From IMG/VR virus record IMGVR_UViG_3300017824_001452: a stretch of 64,000 nt of DNA; one strand, given 5' to 3'. A program made the position numbers and the translations under genes. Positions within the stretch are counted from its first letter, which is position 1. Every line of letters starts with the position of its first letter. The notes beneath the pieces were generated by a model. That model was not told the DNA's origin, made no database searches, and saw only the letters and a list, made by a program, of their open reading frames with translations. Positions 28,782 through 38,104 of this stretch are shown here, one piece after another. The stretch is from a virus.

Positions 28782-28797
28782 CTCTGTGTCAGGAGTT

Positions 28798-28825
28798 GGG
28801 GGCGGCTTAGGTCGCCCCTTTTTTA
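28798..28825 (+). terminator. Intrinsic terminator
   Basis: gggggcggc-ttag-gtcgcccct followed by a T run. Confidence 0.85.
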
Positions 28826-28872
28826 TTACCGTTTTAATAGGTTAAGTGTACAAAAGGAAGTATAATATAAAC

Positions 28873-29994
28873 ATGCAAAAGATTGAATTTACATCTAAAG
28901 AACAAGTGATCTACTTTATGTTGACCACTTCCATTAGTTTGTCTCACTATGATCACAAATTCATATCCAACATGCAATCATTGACCCAAGACAAAAAGCA
29001 GATTACATCTGGTCAAGCAGAGTTGTTTGATAAACTTTTGCACAAGTACAGAAAGCAATTTGCTACTAACGGATATACAGTCGATGAGTTAGAAACCTTA
29101 ACATGGAAGTGTGTAGTTGTACCAAGTCTTCCTAAGTATACAAATGCAAATGTTGATTGGGACGATAGTGTGAATAAAATGGTTATCAGAGTTCCATTCA
29201 AAAAAGAATTTATATCTAACTTCAGAAAGGAAATGACAACCTTTTTTCCTATTGATGATTATGGTCCAATAGATAACTCACAACCTTGGGTATGGAATAG
29301 TGAACGCAAAAGATATGAAGCAGATCCAAGCACATCATCTTTGAAACTAGCATACAATATTTTACCTCAATACTTTACAACAGTGTATCACAATGAAGTA
29401 AAAGACGTAATTGATACATTAGAACAAACCAAAGTAGAATACAAAGATCCAACGTTGGTCTTAACTAATGGACAATATACTGTTGTCAAATCTAATTCAG
29501 TATTAGATGAGTTACTTGCAGGCGTAACTTTAGACAACAGTGCAAAATGTTTATACCGAATGTCACAACTTGGTATAAAAGTAGACAAGGCAATCATCAA
29601 TGATGATCCTAAACTGGAGTTTGCCGCAAACTACATTACAGAAATAGATGTAGATGCGATAAACGATTGTTGTGAATGGCTTGTCGAAATTGGTGTAAGT
29701 GATGTCGTACTAGGGAGGGGAACTCCAGAGTGGAGATCACATGCGTCTAAAGATGAGGCTACTAGAATTGGAGTCTTTAAAGAATGCCGGGAAGCAATTT
29801 CTGAACATTCGTTAAACATGCATAAGAGCGGGGATTTGTTTGATCAACCTGATGATTATACAGAAACAACTGTAAAAAGTTTACCTGTTTTAATGCAATT
29901 TAATTCAATTGTAGAACCCGAACAATGTCATGGAGATAATCAAAATGGCAAAATTATAATTATAACAAATGGGAGACCCATAAATATAAAATGA
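28873..29994 (+). CDS. Hypothetical phage protein
   Basis: Long ORF (track start 28846); likely start ATG 28873, 6 nt after TATAAT. Confidence 0.7.
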   Translation: MQKIEFTSKEQVIYFMLTTSISLSHYDHKFISNMQSLTQDKKQITSGQAELFDKLLHKYRKQFATNGYTVDELETLTWKCVVVPSLPKYTNANVDWDDSVNKMVIRVPFKKEFISNFRKEMTTFFPIDDYGPIDNSQPWVWNSERKRYEADPSTSSLKLAYNILPQYFTTVYHNEVKDVIDTLEQTKVEYKDPTLVLTNGQYTVVKSNSVLDELLAGVTLDNSAKCLYRMSQLGIKVDKAIINDDPKLEFAANYITEIDVDAINDCCEWLVEIGVSDVVLGRGTPEWRSHASKDEATRIGVFKECREAISEHSLNMHKSGDLFDQPDDYTETTVKSLPVLMQFNSIVEPEQCHGDNQNGKIIIITNGRPINIK

Positions 29995-31583
29995 AAGAAG
30001 AAAACAAAAACTTCCACATCAACTTTGCTCCACTTTATGCAGTGGTAGTATTTATGTTACTAATGATAGTAGCAAATGAAGTACAAGCACAGGAGATCGA
30101 AGAAGTAGTAGTCACAGGCGCAACCATATATGAAACAGAATCAGATCCTTCGACTGATGTTAACGTATTAGAATCAATTATACCCGAAGCAACAACTTCA
30201 GGTGGTTATGGTTCTTTTTTAGGTTATACAGAAAGAGGAACACAAACGATTCACACGACTATTTTCAGAAACGGTGTACCTGCTAATGATGCAGGTAGCG
30301 GATGGTATGATTTTGGTCATGACTTTGCTACTGGAAACGAAAATGTAAAAATAGTCAATGGTCCAACTTCAGTCCTATATGGTTCTGGTAGTTTAGGTGG
30401 TGCTATTTTTATTACTGATGATCTTAAAGATGGATCTATTATCAGATATGGTAGTAATACATTTGTAAGTCACACAGGTAGTGGTTTTAATCTAAGTTAC
30501 TTTGATGCAAAGAATGATAGTGTTAGAACAGACAACGATGAAAAGGATAGTTATAACAATTTAACGGTCAAAGGACAGAAAGAATTCGGTGACTGGAAAG
30601 TAAATCTATCAGGTACATCATACGAGTATGACTATGATAACTGCTATACTGCAAGTTTCTCACAGTCAAATGATTGCGTACAATCAGGAGATAAAGGTTC
30701 CTTATCAATAAGGAATGATAACTACACATTCGGTTACTCATTTAACAATGCTAACTATAAAACAGAAAGTGTAGAAACATATAAGAGTGATGCGGAAAGA
30801 TTTTATGCAGATACTAGACATCAAGTTGGAAACACATTACTGGGTGCAACTGCTGAAAATGAAAAGTATGAAGACTTTAGCCAAACTCAATTATCAGTTT
30901 ACTCTTTAACATCATTCGATCTGTTTGATCTAGGTTTTAGATTAAGTGAAGATGCATTTGTATATCGTATAGGTGCAGAATCTAATAATTGGTTTGGTAG
31001 TTTCGGTACATCATATCGTAACCCAACTCTTTATGAACTGAACGGTGATGCTTGGACTTTACCTAATAAAAGTTTAGACCCTGAAGAAGCAGTAGGTGGA
31101 GAGATTGGATACAAGAACTTTACAGTATTCAAATACAAATTTAGTGAAGGTATTGATTATAGTTTTGCAGACTCACAGTTTGTTAACACTGGATCATACG
31201 ACACTGAAGGTGTTAGATATGTAAACAGTTTTGTTGTTGAAAGACTTAATACTACTCTAGTAGGTATTGAGTTAGGATACACAAACTCTGATCAACCACG
31301 TATTCCCGAATACAAAGCAATCATATCATCTACAACTTACTTAGGTGGTTATGATATTTCATTTAGATATACTGGATTGTTTAACAGAACGCCTGGTCCA
31401 TACGATGGTACAGAAATGCTAGATGATGTAAGTTCAATTGACTACAAAATCGAAAGGCAAGTTATTCCTAAATACTTGCTATCATTTACTATAAGAGATA
31501 TACTAGATGATGAATTTGAATTAGTACCTAACTACAGAGCAGGTGGATTAGAATACTTCATAACACTACAATATAGGCCTTAA
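29991..31583 (+). CDS. TonB-dependent outer-membrane receptor (BtuB-like)
   Basis: Signal peptide ending EVQA, TonB box 'EEVVVTG', plug motif 'NGPTSVLYGSGSLGGAI', 'YRNPTLYEL', 'LDPEE', C-terminal amphipathic strand. Confidence 0.85.
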   Translation: MKEENKNFHINFAPLYAVVVFMLLMIVANEVQAQEIEEVVVTGATIYETESDPSTDVNVLESIIPEATTSGGYGSFLGYTERGTQTIHTTIFRNGVPANDAGSGWYDFGHDFATGNENVKIVNGPTSVLYGSGSLGGAIFITDDLKDGSIIRYGSNTFVSHTGSGFNLSYFDAKNDSVRTDNDEKDSYNNLTVKGQKEFGDWKVNLSGTSYEYDYDNCYTASFSQSNDCVQSGDKGSLSIRNDNYTFGYSFNNANYKTESVETYKSDAERFYADTRHQVGNTLLGATAENEKYEDFSQTQLSVYSLTSFDLFDLGFRLSEDAFVYRIGAESNNWFGSFGTSYRNPTLYELNGDAWTLPNKSLDPEEAVGGEIGYKNFTVFKYKFSEGIDYSFADSQFVNTGSYDTEGVRYVNSFVVERLNTTLVGIELGYTNSDQPRIPEYKAIISSTTYLGGYDISFRYTGLFNRTPGPYDGTEMLDDVSSIDYKIERQVIPKYLLSFTIRDILDDEFELVPNYRAGGLEYFITLQYRP

Positions 31584-31586
31584 TCG

Positions 31587-33047
31587 ATGCCAGGAATCGC
31601 AACACTACAAATTAAAGATGAAGTCAATCTAAAGATTGCCGGACTTGAATTAGATGCTAGAAGGGCACTAATGCAAAAGTTTGAGTTTGAGGTTCCAGGC
31701 GCAAGATACATGCCCAGTGTTAAGTTGGGGAGGTGGAACGGCAAGGTTAGTTATTGTAGTCTTGCCGGTTCTACTTATATTAATTTATTGGAAGAAATCA
31801 TTCCAGTATTAGAAGAACTAAACTATTCAATTGAATTGGAAGACATGCGTGAGTATCAAACGCAATTTCAATTTGAAGAAGTTAAGAAAGATTCATTTAA
31901 AGATGTTCTGTGGCCTAAAGGACATGTCTGTGAGGGGCAACCTATTGAACTTAGAGACTATCAAGTTCAAGTTGTTAACGAGTTCTTAAAGAATCCTCAA
32001 TCGATACAAGAAGTGGCTACAGGCGCAGGAAAGACTATTATGACTGCGGCACTAAGTAAGAGTGTAGAATCATATGGTCGAAGTATTGTGATCGTACCTA
32101 ACAAAAGTTTAGTATCACAAACCGAAGAAGATTATATCAACATGGGTTTAGATGTAGGTGTATACTTTGGTGATCGTAAAGAATATTTTAAACAACATAC
32201 TATTTGTACTTGGCAATCTCTAAACATTCTGTTAAAGAATACGAAAAGAGGTGAAGTAGATTGTACTATAGGAGAGTTCATTGAAGGTGTTGTTTGTGTC
32301 ATTGTAGATGAAGTACATATGGCAAAAGCAGATGCATTGAAGCAACTGTTAACAGGTGTAATGGCACATGTTCCCATCAGATGGGGACTAACAGGAACAG
32401 TACCCAAAGCAAAGTATGAATCAATTGCTTTGCAAGTAAGTTTAGGTCCTGTTATTAATAAACTATCTGCAAAAGAATTGCAAGATAAAGGAGTACTTGC
32501 TAAGTGTCACGTGAACATAGTACAGTTACAAGACGAACAGGAGTTCAGTAACTATCAAAGTGAACTAAAGCATTTGCTCAGTGATGAAAAACGATTAGAT
32601 AAGATGGCAAGTCTGATCGATACAATACAAGAGTCGGGTAATACTTTGATTCTTGTTGATCGTATCGCGGCAGGACATGCCCTTGTTGAACGTTTAGATG
32701 ATGCAGTTTTTGTATCAGGAGGCATGAAAGTAAATGACAGAAAAGAAGAATATGATGACGTTGCCATTAGTGATAATAAAATCATTGTTGCTACTTATGG
32801 CGTGGCTTCTACTGGTATCAATATTCCTAGGATTTTTAATCTTGTACTCATTGAGCCAGGTAAGTCTTTTGTTCGTGTCATACAGTCAATCGGTCGTGGC
32901 ATTCGTAAAGCAGAAGATAAAGACTTTGTTCAAATTTGGGACTTAACAAGTTCCTGTCGTTTTGCAAAAAGACATTTAACCCAACGTAAACATTTCTACA
33001 GAGAAGCAAACTATCCGTTTGTTGTAGAAAAATTAAACTACAAATGA
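31587..33047 (+). CDS. uvsW: SF2 DNA helicase UvsW
   Basis: 'LRDYQ', ATGAGKT, DEVH, 'GLTGT', 'QSIGRGIR'. Confidence 0.9.
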   Translation: MPGIATLQIKDEVNLKIAGLELDARRALMQKFEFEVPGARYMPSVKLGRWNGKVSYCSLAGSTYINLLEEIIPVLEELNYSIELEDMREYQTQFQFEEVKKDSFKDVLWPKGHVCEGQPIELRDYQVQVVNEFLKNPQSIQEVATGAGKTIMTAALSKSVESYGRSIVIVPNKSLVSQTEEDYINMGLDVGVYFGDRKEYFKQHTICTWQSLNILLKNTKRGEVDCTIGEFIEGVVCVIVDEVHMAKADALKQLLTGVMAHVPIRWGLTGTVPKAKYESIALQVSLGPVINKLSAKELQDKGVLAKCHVNIVQLQDEQEFSNYQSELKHLLSDEKRLDKMASLIDTIQESGNTLILVDRIAAGHALVERLDDAVFVSGGMKVNDRKEEYDDVAISDNKIIVATYGVASTGINIPRIFNLVLIEPGKSFVRVIQSIGRGIRKAEDKDFVQIWDLTSSCRFAKRHLTQRKHFYREANYPFVVEKLNYK

Positions 33048-33061
33048 TTTTACCGATTAAC

Positions 33062-33090
33062 TTGAATAATTCTGCAAGGAGCAGTATAAT
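33062..33090 (+). promoter_or_regulatory. sigma70 promoter
   Basis: TTGAAT-17-TATAAT; ATG 6 nt downstream. Confidence 0.65.
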
Positions 33091-33096
33091 AACAAA

Positions 33097-33597
33097 ATGA
33101 GAATACTAACATTAGAAGACCAATACTATAATTTAGAAACGTTACCAGAAGAAATCGATGACCTTCGATTTGCAATTTTAGATAATTCTAATCCTACATT
33201 CGTGGATTACTATTACATTCCACTTATCTTTTTAGAGTCATTCAATGCTCCAGCAGTTGTATTGCAAGTTGGTGACAAGCAGATTAAGATGCCAGTTGAT
33301 TGGCAAGTGTTGATCGGTGATGAAGAAGGTGGAGACTTAGAAACACTTCCCCTCTCATCTTTGAATGACAGAGGCTTTTCAGTCTTTTCATTTAATCCGT
33401 TATCGTCATTCTCTCCAGGCTTTCTCCCAATAGAGATTGTAGACATTTATTCAGATGTAACATGGTACGCACCAAGACTACGTAACGGTCAGTTCTTATG
33501 TGTGCCTTTAGATGATGGTCCCAAGCCAAGATGTATCTACTTTGTTAAAGAAATTAGTAGAAATTGTGAAGTTGTAGATTATGCTCAAGTCTTTTGA
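33097..33597 (+). CDS. Conserved phage protein, possible catalytically dead Hint-fold
   Basis: All-beta pattern; 'IEIVDIYSDVTWYAPRLRNGQFLCV' recalls Hint block F; ORF itself is solid. Confidence 0.5.
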   Translation: MRILTLEDQYYNLETLPEEIDDLRFAILDNSNPTFVDYYYIPLIFLESFNAPAVVLQVGDKQIKMPVDWQVLIGDEEGGDLETLPLSSLNDRGFSVFSFNPLSSFSPGFLPIEIVDIYSDVTWYAPRLRNGQFLCVPLDDGPKPRCIYFVKEISRNCEVVDYAQVF

Positions 33598-33736
33598 TCA
33601 TTGGAAGAATGTCTGCAAACTACATTGGAAAGAAATAGTTACACTGTCTATTGCATTGCACTGGATAGTTGATTTGTTTATTATAGCACCCTTATCGATA
33701 GCAATAGGGTGGTTTGCAAGAGGTTACTTTGGCTAG
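33581..33736 (+). CDS. Small membrane protein (51 aa, not in ORF track)
   Basis: MLKSFDHWKNVCKLHWKEIVTLSIALHWIVDLFIIAPLSIAIGWFARGYFG*; fills the gap with short overlaps. Confidence 0.6.
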   Translation: MLKSFDHWKNVCKLHWKEIVTLSIALHWIVDLFIIAPLSIAIGWFARGYFG

Positions 33737-34316
33737 AGCAAAAACTCCAACAGATGAAAAGTTTGAAAAACAAGACTTCAACTTGTTTGAAGCAATAGCG
33801 GCAATCGATAAAAAAGATTATGATTATTACGATAGACTAACTCCTGAACAACAAAAGAAGTTTGTTCCGTTTATGATGCTACATTGGATTAGTGTAGTAA
33901 AAGGTAAACGTGAGTTGTCGCAATACTATTTACAGAGTGTTGACTATCATGCCAACACACATTTGTTTAATGAAAACGTAATGCATCATCCTAAATTACA
34001 ATGGTTGATGTTATGTGCGGCGAGTCCAGGCATTGGTAAACAATTTCATCAATGGATCCCTCACATTAAAGCAGGCGTAAGCAAGTTAAAAGATACTGCA
34101 AAGCCTAAAGATATAAAAGATTACTATAAAAAAGTATATCCTAAACTAACAGCAGGAGAACTCACTGAGATAGCAAAATTGTTTTGTGAACAACACAAAC
34201 GCAAAATGTATCTAGCAGAAAAGTTTCCAGAATTAAAATTTGATGAGGTAGAATTACTTAGTGAACTCGTTACAGATAATGAAATCGAAGAATACGAAAA
34301 AGAACTCGGCAACTAA
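33729..34316 (+). CDS. Possible clamp-loader small subunit (gp62-like)
   Basis: 'YDYY...KFVPFMM..W.S...AN...HPKLQWLML...HQW'; likely TTG start at 33729 after gagg. Confidence 0.45.
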   Translation: MARAKTPTDEKFEKQDFNLFEAIAAIDKKDYDYYDRLTPEQQKKFVPFMMLHWISVVKGKRELSQYYLQSVDYHANTHLFNENVMHHPKLQWLMLCAASPGIGKQFHQWIPHIKAGVSKLKDTAKPKDIKDYYKKVYPKLTAGELTEIAKLFCEQHKRKMYLAEKFPELKFDEVELLSELVTDNEIEEYEKELGN

Positions 34317-34989
34317 AAAGTTTGGTTGCGATTTTTGCGGAAGAAGTTTTGCAAAAGAAAGTACTATTGAAAAACATCTTTGTGAACAGAAACGCAGATA
34401 TGGTGATAGGAACCTTAAAGGTAATCGTATAGGTTTTAATGCATGGTTAAACTTCTATGCACAAAACACTTCTAGCAAAAAACAAAAAACTTATGTGGAC
34501 TTTACTAAAAGTTCTTATTATCTAGCCTTTGTTAAGTTCGGTCATTATTGTGTTAACACAAGATGTATCAATGTGAATCGTTATGCTGATTGGTTGCTTA
34601 GAAATCAAATTAGAATTGACAGTTGGACTAGTGATAAAAACTACACTAAGTTTATTGTTGAATATCTTAGACAAGAAGATCCATTAGATGCAATTGCTCG
34701 TAGCATGGAGACTCTTATCGAAATTTGTAAAGATGATCAGATAGAAAGTAAAGATGCATTTAGATATGGTGCTCCAAATAGAATCTGTTATGAAGTCACA
34801 ACAGGAAGAGTATCGCCTTGGTCGTTGTATCAGAGTGAGTCTGGTGCAGAGTTTCTAAGTAAGTTAGATGAAGTACAACAAAAAATGGTATTAGAATATA
34901 TTGACCCTGAGAAGTGGGCGATTAAATTTAACCGTGATGCAGAAGTTGTAGTTGAAGTAAAAGAGTTATTGAGGCAAGCAGGGTATTGA
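34261..34989 (+). CDS. Conserved phage protein with N-terminal Zn finger
   Basis: CDFC-x12-H-x-C motif. Confidence 0.7.
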   Translation: MNSLQIMKSKNTKKNSATKKFGCDFCGRSFAKESTIEKHLCEQKRRYGDRNLKGNRIGFNAWLNFYAQNTSSKKQKTYVDFTKSSYYLAFVKFGHYCVNTRCINVNRYADWLLRNQIRIDSWTSDKNYTKFIVEYLRQEDPLDAIARSMETLIEICKDDQIESKDAFRYGAPNRICYEVTTGRVSPWSLYQSESGAEFLSKLDEVQQKMVLEYIDPEKWAIKFNRDAEVVVEVKELLRQAGY

Positions 34990-35378
34990 ATACAGTAGAA
35001 GTACATTTACAATTTTATGAACTAGATGGTCGATGGAAAGGACATGACATATTCAAGTGGTGTTGTGTCACTAAAACTCCTCCCAGATATGAACGTTTTC
35101 ATCCTAGACCTTTAGCACATACTGATTTGTCTTCTATTATAAATTTTAATAAAGTACGAGATTGGTGTTGGGATACATGGGGACCTAGTTGTGATATGAA
35201 AGATTACGACAGAGTACATGAATTATCAAACTTTATGAGCCTAGCACAATACAACGACAGTACATACGATACACTAAATGAAAACTGGTGTTGGTCTAAT
35301 GAAGAAGATCATAAGCAACGTAGAATATATCTAGCAGGTGACGAAGAACGTGTGTGGCTAGAAACGAGGTGGCAATGA
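34986..35378 (+). CDS. Hypothetical phage protein
   Basis: 130 aa; 'VRDWCWDTWGP' and C-terminal 'DEE..W...RW'. Confidence 0.7.
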   Translation: MNTVEVHLQFYELDGRWKGHDIFKWCCVTKTPPRYERFHPRPLAHTDLSSIINFNKVRDWCWDTWGPSCDMKDYDRVHELSNFMSLAQYNDSTYDTLNENWCWSNEEDHKQRRIYLAGDEERVWLETRWQ

Positions 35379-36181
35379 GTCAGTGGCACGGCGGAAAAGG
35401 ATCCGCACCTAGAAAGGGTGAAAATCAAAAAGCCTATGCCGCTAACTATGATCGTATCTTCGGTAAAAAAGATATCATTAATGATCAATTATCACATGAA
35501 GGCAGGGGTTTTGATATCATAAATGATATCGTATCAGACGACCTTATTCAACGTATAAACGACAGAAAGGACGAACTCTACCCTGTACGTGCATCCACAC
35601 ATAAGAAGCAGTATGCAGAAGCAGAGGCATGTAAGAAACTATTTGGCATTGCTGTATGGTGGAGTCAACTCACGGATGATTGGGACGAAGTACAAGAGAT
35701 ACATGAACTCATCTATCCTGAAATCAAAAAGCATTTAACTGATGCAACATTTTATGCAAGTGATATCGTAACAATCAATGGTCCAAGCAGATGGGTAGGA
35801 CCTCATATTGATACACCGCACAGATTTAAAAAATATAATAAAAGAGAAAACAATGATGTCTGTGGTATACAAGTTATTATTCCACTTGATGACTTAGACA
35901 AAGACACAGGAGCAACTGGACTTATTCCTTATAGTCATCAACAAGATTGGGATATACAAGATTGCTATGAAGGCGTGCATGATGAATACTTTTTAGAGAA
36001 TGCAGAACAATATGATATGCCAAAAGGTAGTATCTTGTTTTACAATACTCGTTTAATGCATTCTACTATGCCATTACATTTACCCAAAAAACGTTCCATT
36101 TTGTTGATTAATTACCTCAGAAATGATATAATAAAAGAAATAAAAGACGAAGATAACGTATGGAGTTCTAATGGCAAATGA
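35375..36181 (+). CDS. PhyH-like 2OG-Fe(II) dioxygenase with N-terminal GKGS peptide
   Basis: HID...H facial triad, 'IPLDD....GATG.IP.SH', 'KGS.LFY..R..H', distal Arg; likely start ATG 35375. Confidence 0.85.
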   Translation: MSQWHGGKGSAPRKGENQKAYAANYDRIFGKKDIINDQLSHEGRGFDIINDIVSDDLIQRINDRKDELYPVRASTHKKQYAEAEACKKLFGIAVWWSQLTDDWDEVQEIHELIYPEIKKHLTDATFYASDIVTINGPSRWVGPHIDTPHRFKKYNKRENNDVCGIQVIIPLDDLDKDTGATGLIPYSHQQDWDIQDCYEGVHDEYFLENAEQYDMPKGSILFYNTRLMHSTMPLHLPKKRSILLINYLRNDIIKEIKDEDNVWSSNGK

Positions 36182-36713
36182 CGTAATGATAGATATGGAA
36201 ACTCTAAGTACAGATCCTGATTGTGTTATTTTAACAATCGGTGCTGTTCGTTTTGATCCTATGGGTACTGGAGTCGTAGAAAAACTAGAACTACGTCCTG
36301 AGATAGATTCGCAAACAGAAGAATTAAATAGACATATAAACCCTGATACATTAAGGTGGTGGGGAGAACAAAGTGAGGATGCAATTGATGAAGCAATGGG
36401 TGACAGAGATAGGATTCCGTTTAAAGATGCAATGGATCAGTTATACAAGTTCTGCTGGAATCGCAGAGCAGTTTGGTCTAATGGCGCTGGTTTTGATATT
36501 GTTGTTGCAGAGAATGCCTTTAGGCAATTAGAAATGCCGATACCCTGGCCTTTCTACACTATTAGAGACACAAGAACAATATATGATCTTTGCAACGTAT
36601 CTCTTAAAGATGGTCAAGCAGTAACGTCTCACAAGGCTGTAGAAGACGCAGAACACCAAGCAATCGTTGTGCAACGTGCATATCAGAAACTTAAACAAGC
36701 AGGACTTAAATGA
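36171..36713 (+). CDS. DEDDh 3'-5' exonuclease (Rv2179c-like)
   Basis: ExoI DMET, ExoII 'WSNGAGFD', 'RDTRT', ExoIII 'HKAVEDA'. Confidence 0.88.
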   Translation: MANDVMIDMETLSTDPDCVILTIGAVRFDPMGTGVVEKLELRPEIDSQTEELNRHINPDTLRWWGEQSEDAIDEAMGDRDRIPFKDAMDQLYKFCWNRRAVWSNGAGFDIVVAENAFRQLEMPIPWPFYTIRDTRTIYDLCNVSLKDGQAVTSHKAVEDAEHQAIVVQRAYQKLKQAGLK

Positions 36714-37291
36714 GTATACAGTCAGATATTGATATTGACTTTGGAGATAGAGAAAAACTACTCAAGTTGATTAAACATGTACCTGCGGCAATGCGTGATG
36801 TAGAGCCAATAAAGAAACATCCTACTGGTGTATACATAACAGATGTACCCTATGACCCTGTAAATGATATGTGTTCTTTAGATTATAAAGAAGCAGATCA
36901 AAGAGGATACTTTAAGTTAGACCTGTTAAATGTTAACATCTATAAAGCAGTAAAAGATGAATTACATTTAATTAGTCTTATGACTGAGCCTAATTGGGAA
37001 CGATTAAAAGAAAGAAATTTTGTATCTGTGTTGTTGCATCTAAACAAACAATATGATGTTATGCAACAAATGCCAGAGCCTATTAATAGTATTCCAAGAT
37101 TAGCAATGTTCTTGGCTATTATTCGTCCAGCAAAAAGAAATCTTATTGGGAAGACATGGAAAGAGATAAGTAAAACTGTGTGGATTGACAACAATACAGG
37201 ATACACGTTTAAAAAGTCACATGCAGTGGCATATGCACAATTAGTTGTAGTGCATATGAATTTATTAGAGGAGCAAGATGAGTCAATATGA
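36710..37291 (+). CDS. Minimal DNA polymerase III alpha (DnaE)-like nucleotidyltransferase core
   Basis: SDIDIDF, KHPTGV, KLDLL, IIRP and GYTFKKSHAVAY in the same order as DnaE PDFDVDF, HAGGV, KFDFL, RPG and GYGFNKSHSAAY. Confidence 0.8.
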   Translation: MSIQSDIDIDFGDREKLLKLIKHVPAAMRDVEPIKKHPTGVYITDVPYDPVNDMCSLDYKEADQRGYFKLDLLNVNIYKAVKDELHLISLMTEPNWERLKERNFVSVLLHLNKQYDVMQQMPEPINSIPRLAMFLAIIRPAKRNLIGKTWKEISKTVWIDNNTGYTFKKSHAVAYAQLVVVHMNLLEEQDESI

Positions 37292-37550
37292 CGATAGAGT
37301 AGAAAGACAGAGACAAATGTTAGCGGCCGAAGAGTGGTCAAGAGGCGTAAAAGCAATACATGCACATTCATTTACTACTATGCATTACGAAACAAACCCA
37401 GATAGAACAGGTGATGATTTACGTGTATTAGATATAGAATATAATGACGGCACAGTAGAAAGAGAATACATAGTATCAGGTCGAAAAGAAATAATAGGAA
37501 CAAAACTTAAAGGTGAAATGTTATTGTTTGAGTATCAGAGGCACATCTAA
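37278..37550 (+). CDS. Hypothetical phage protein
   Basis: 90-aa ORF, RBS gaggag. Confidence 0.7.
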   Translation: MSQYDDRVERQRQMLAAEEWSRGVKAIHAHSFTTMHYETNPDRTGDDLRVLDIEYNDGTVEREYIVSGRKEIIGTKLKGEMLLFEYQRHI

Positions 37551-38104
37551 TGGAAGAATTGACACTAAACTTAATACCAGAAAACGATCCTAAATTAAAG
37601 GAACCTTGTGAGCCTTGGGACTTTAAACTCGACGGTGATCCAACTGAACTAATTAAAGCAATGACTAAAGTGATGTTTAATCCTAATCATCCTGGCATTG
37701 GTTTAGCCGCACCACAATGTGGCGTAATGAAAAATATATTAATCATGGGCACAGATGAAAAGTTAATGGCTTTTATTAATCCTCAAGTAGATGAACTTAG
37801 AGGAGAAAAAGAATTATTTTTAGAAGGGTGCTTAAGTTATCCTGATCTATGGTTGCATGTTCCAAGACAACCTGAATGCGTAGTCACCTATCAACAAATC
37901 GATGGTGAAGTCGTTAAAGAAAAACATCTTACTGGTATTCAAGCACGTGTATTTTTACATGAATATGATCACCTATTAGGTATCACGTTTGAAGAACGTG
38001 TACAAAGTAAACTTAGTTTAGAATTGGCTAGAAAACGCAGAGCAAAAAAGAAACGCCAAAGTGCTAAACTGGCTAGAAGACTTAAATTCCCTTCTGTTTC
38101 TTAG
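37550..38104 (+). CDS. def: Peptide deformylase
   Basis: All three PDF motifs: GIGLAAPQ, EGCLS, HEYDHL. Confidence 0.95.
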   Translation: MEELTLNLIPENDPKLKEPCEPWDFKLDGDPTELIKAMTKVMFNPNHPGIGLAAPQCGVMKNILIMGTDEKLMAFINPQVDELRGEKELFLEGCLSYPDLWLHVPRQPECVVTYQQIDGEVVKEKHLTGIQARVFLHEYDHLLGITFEERVQSKLSLELARKRRAKKKRQSAKLARRLKFPSVS

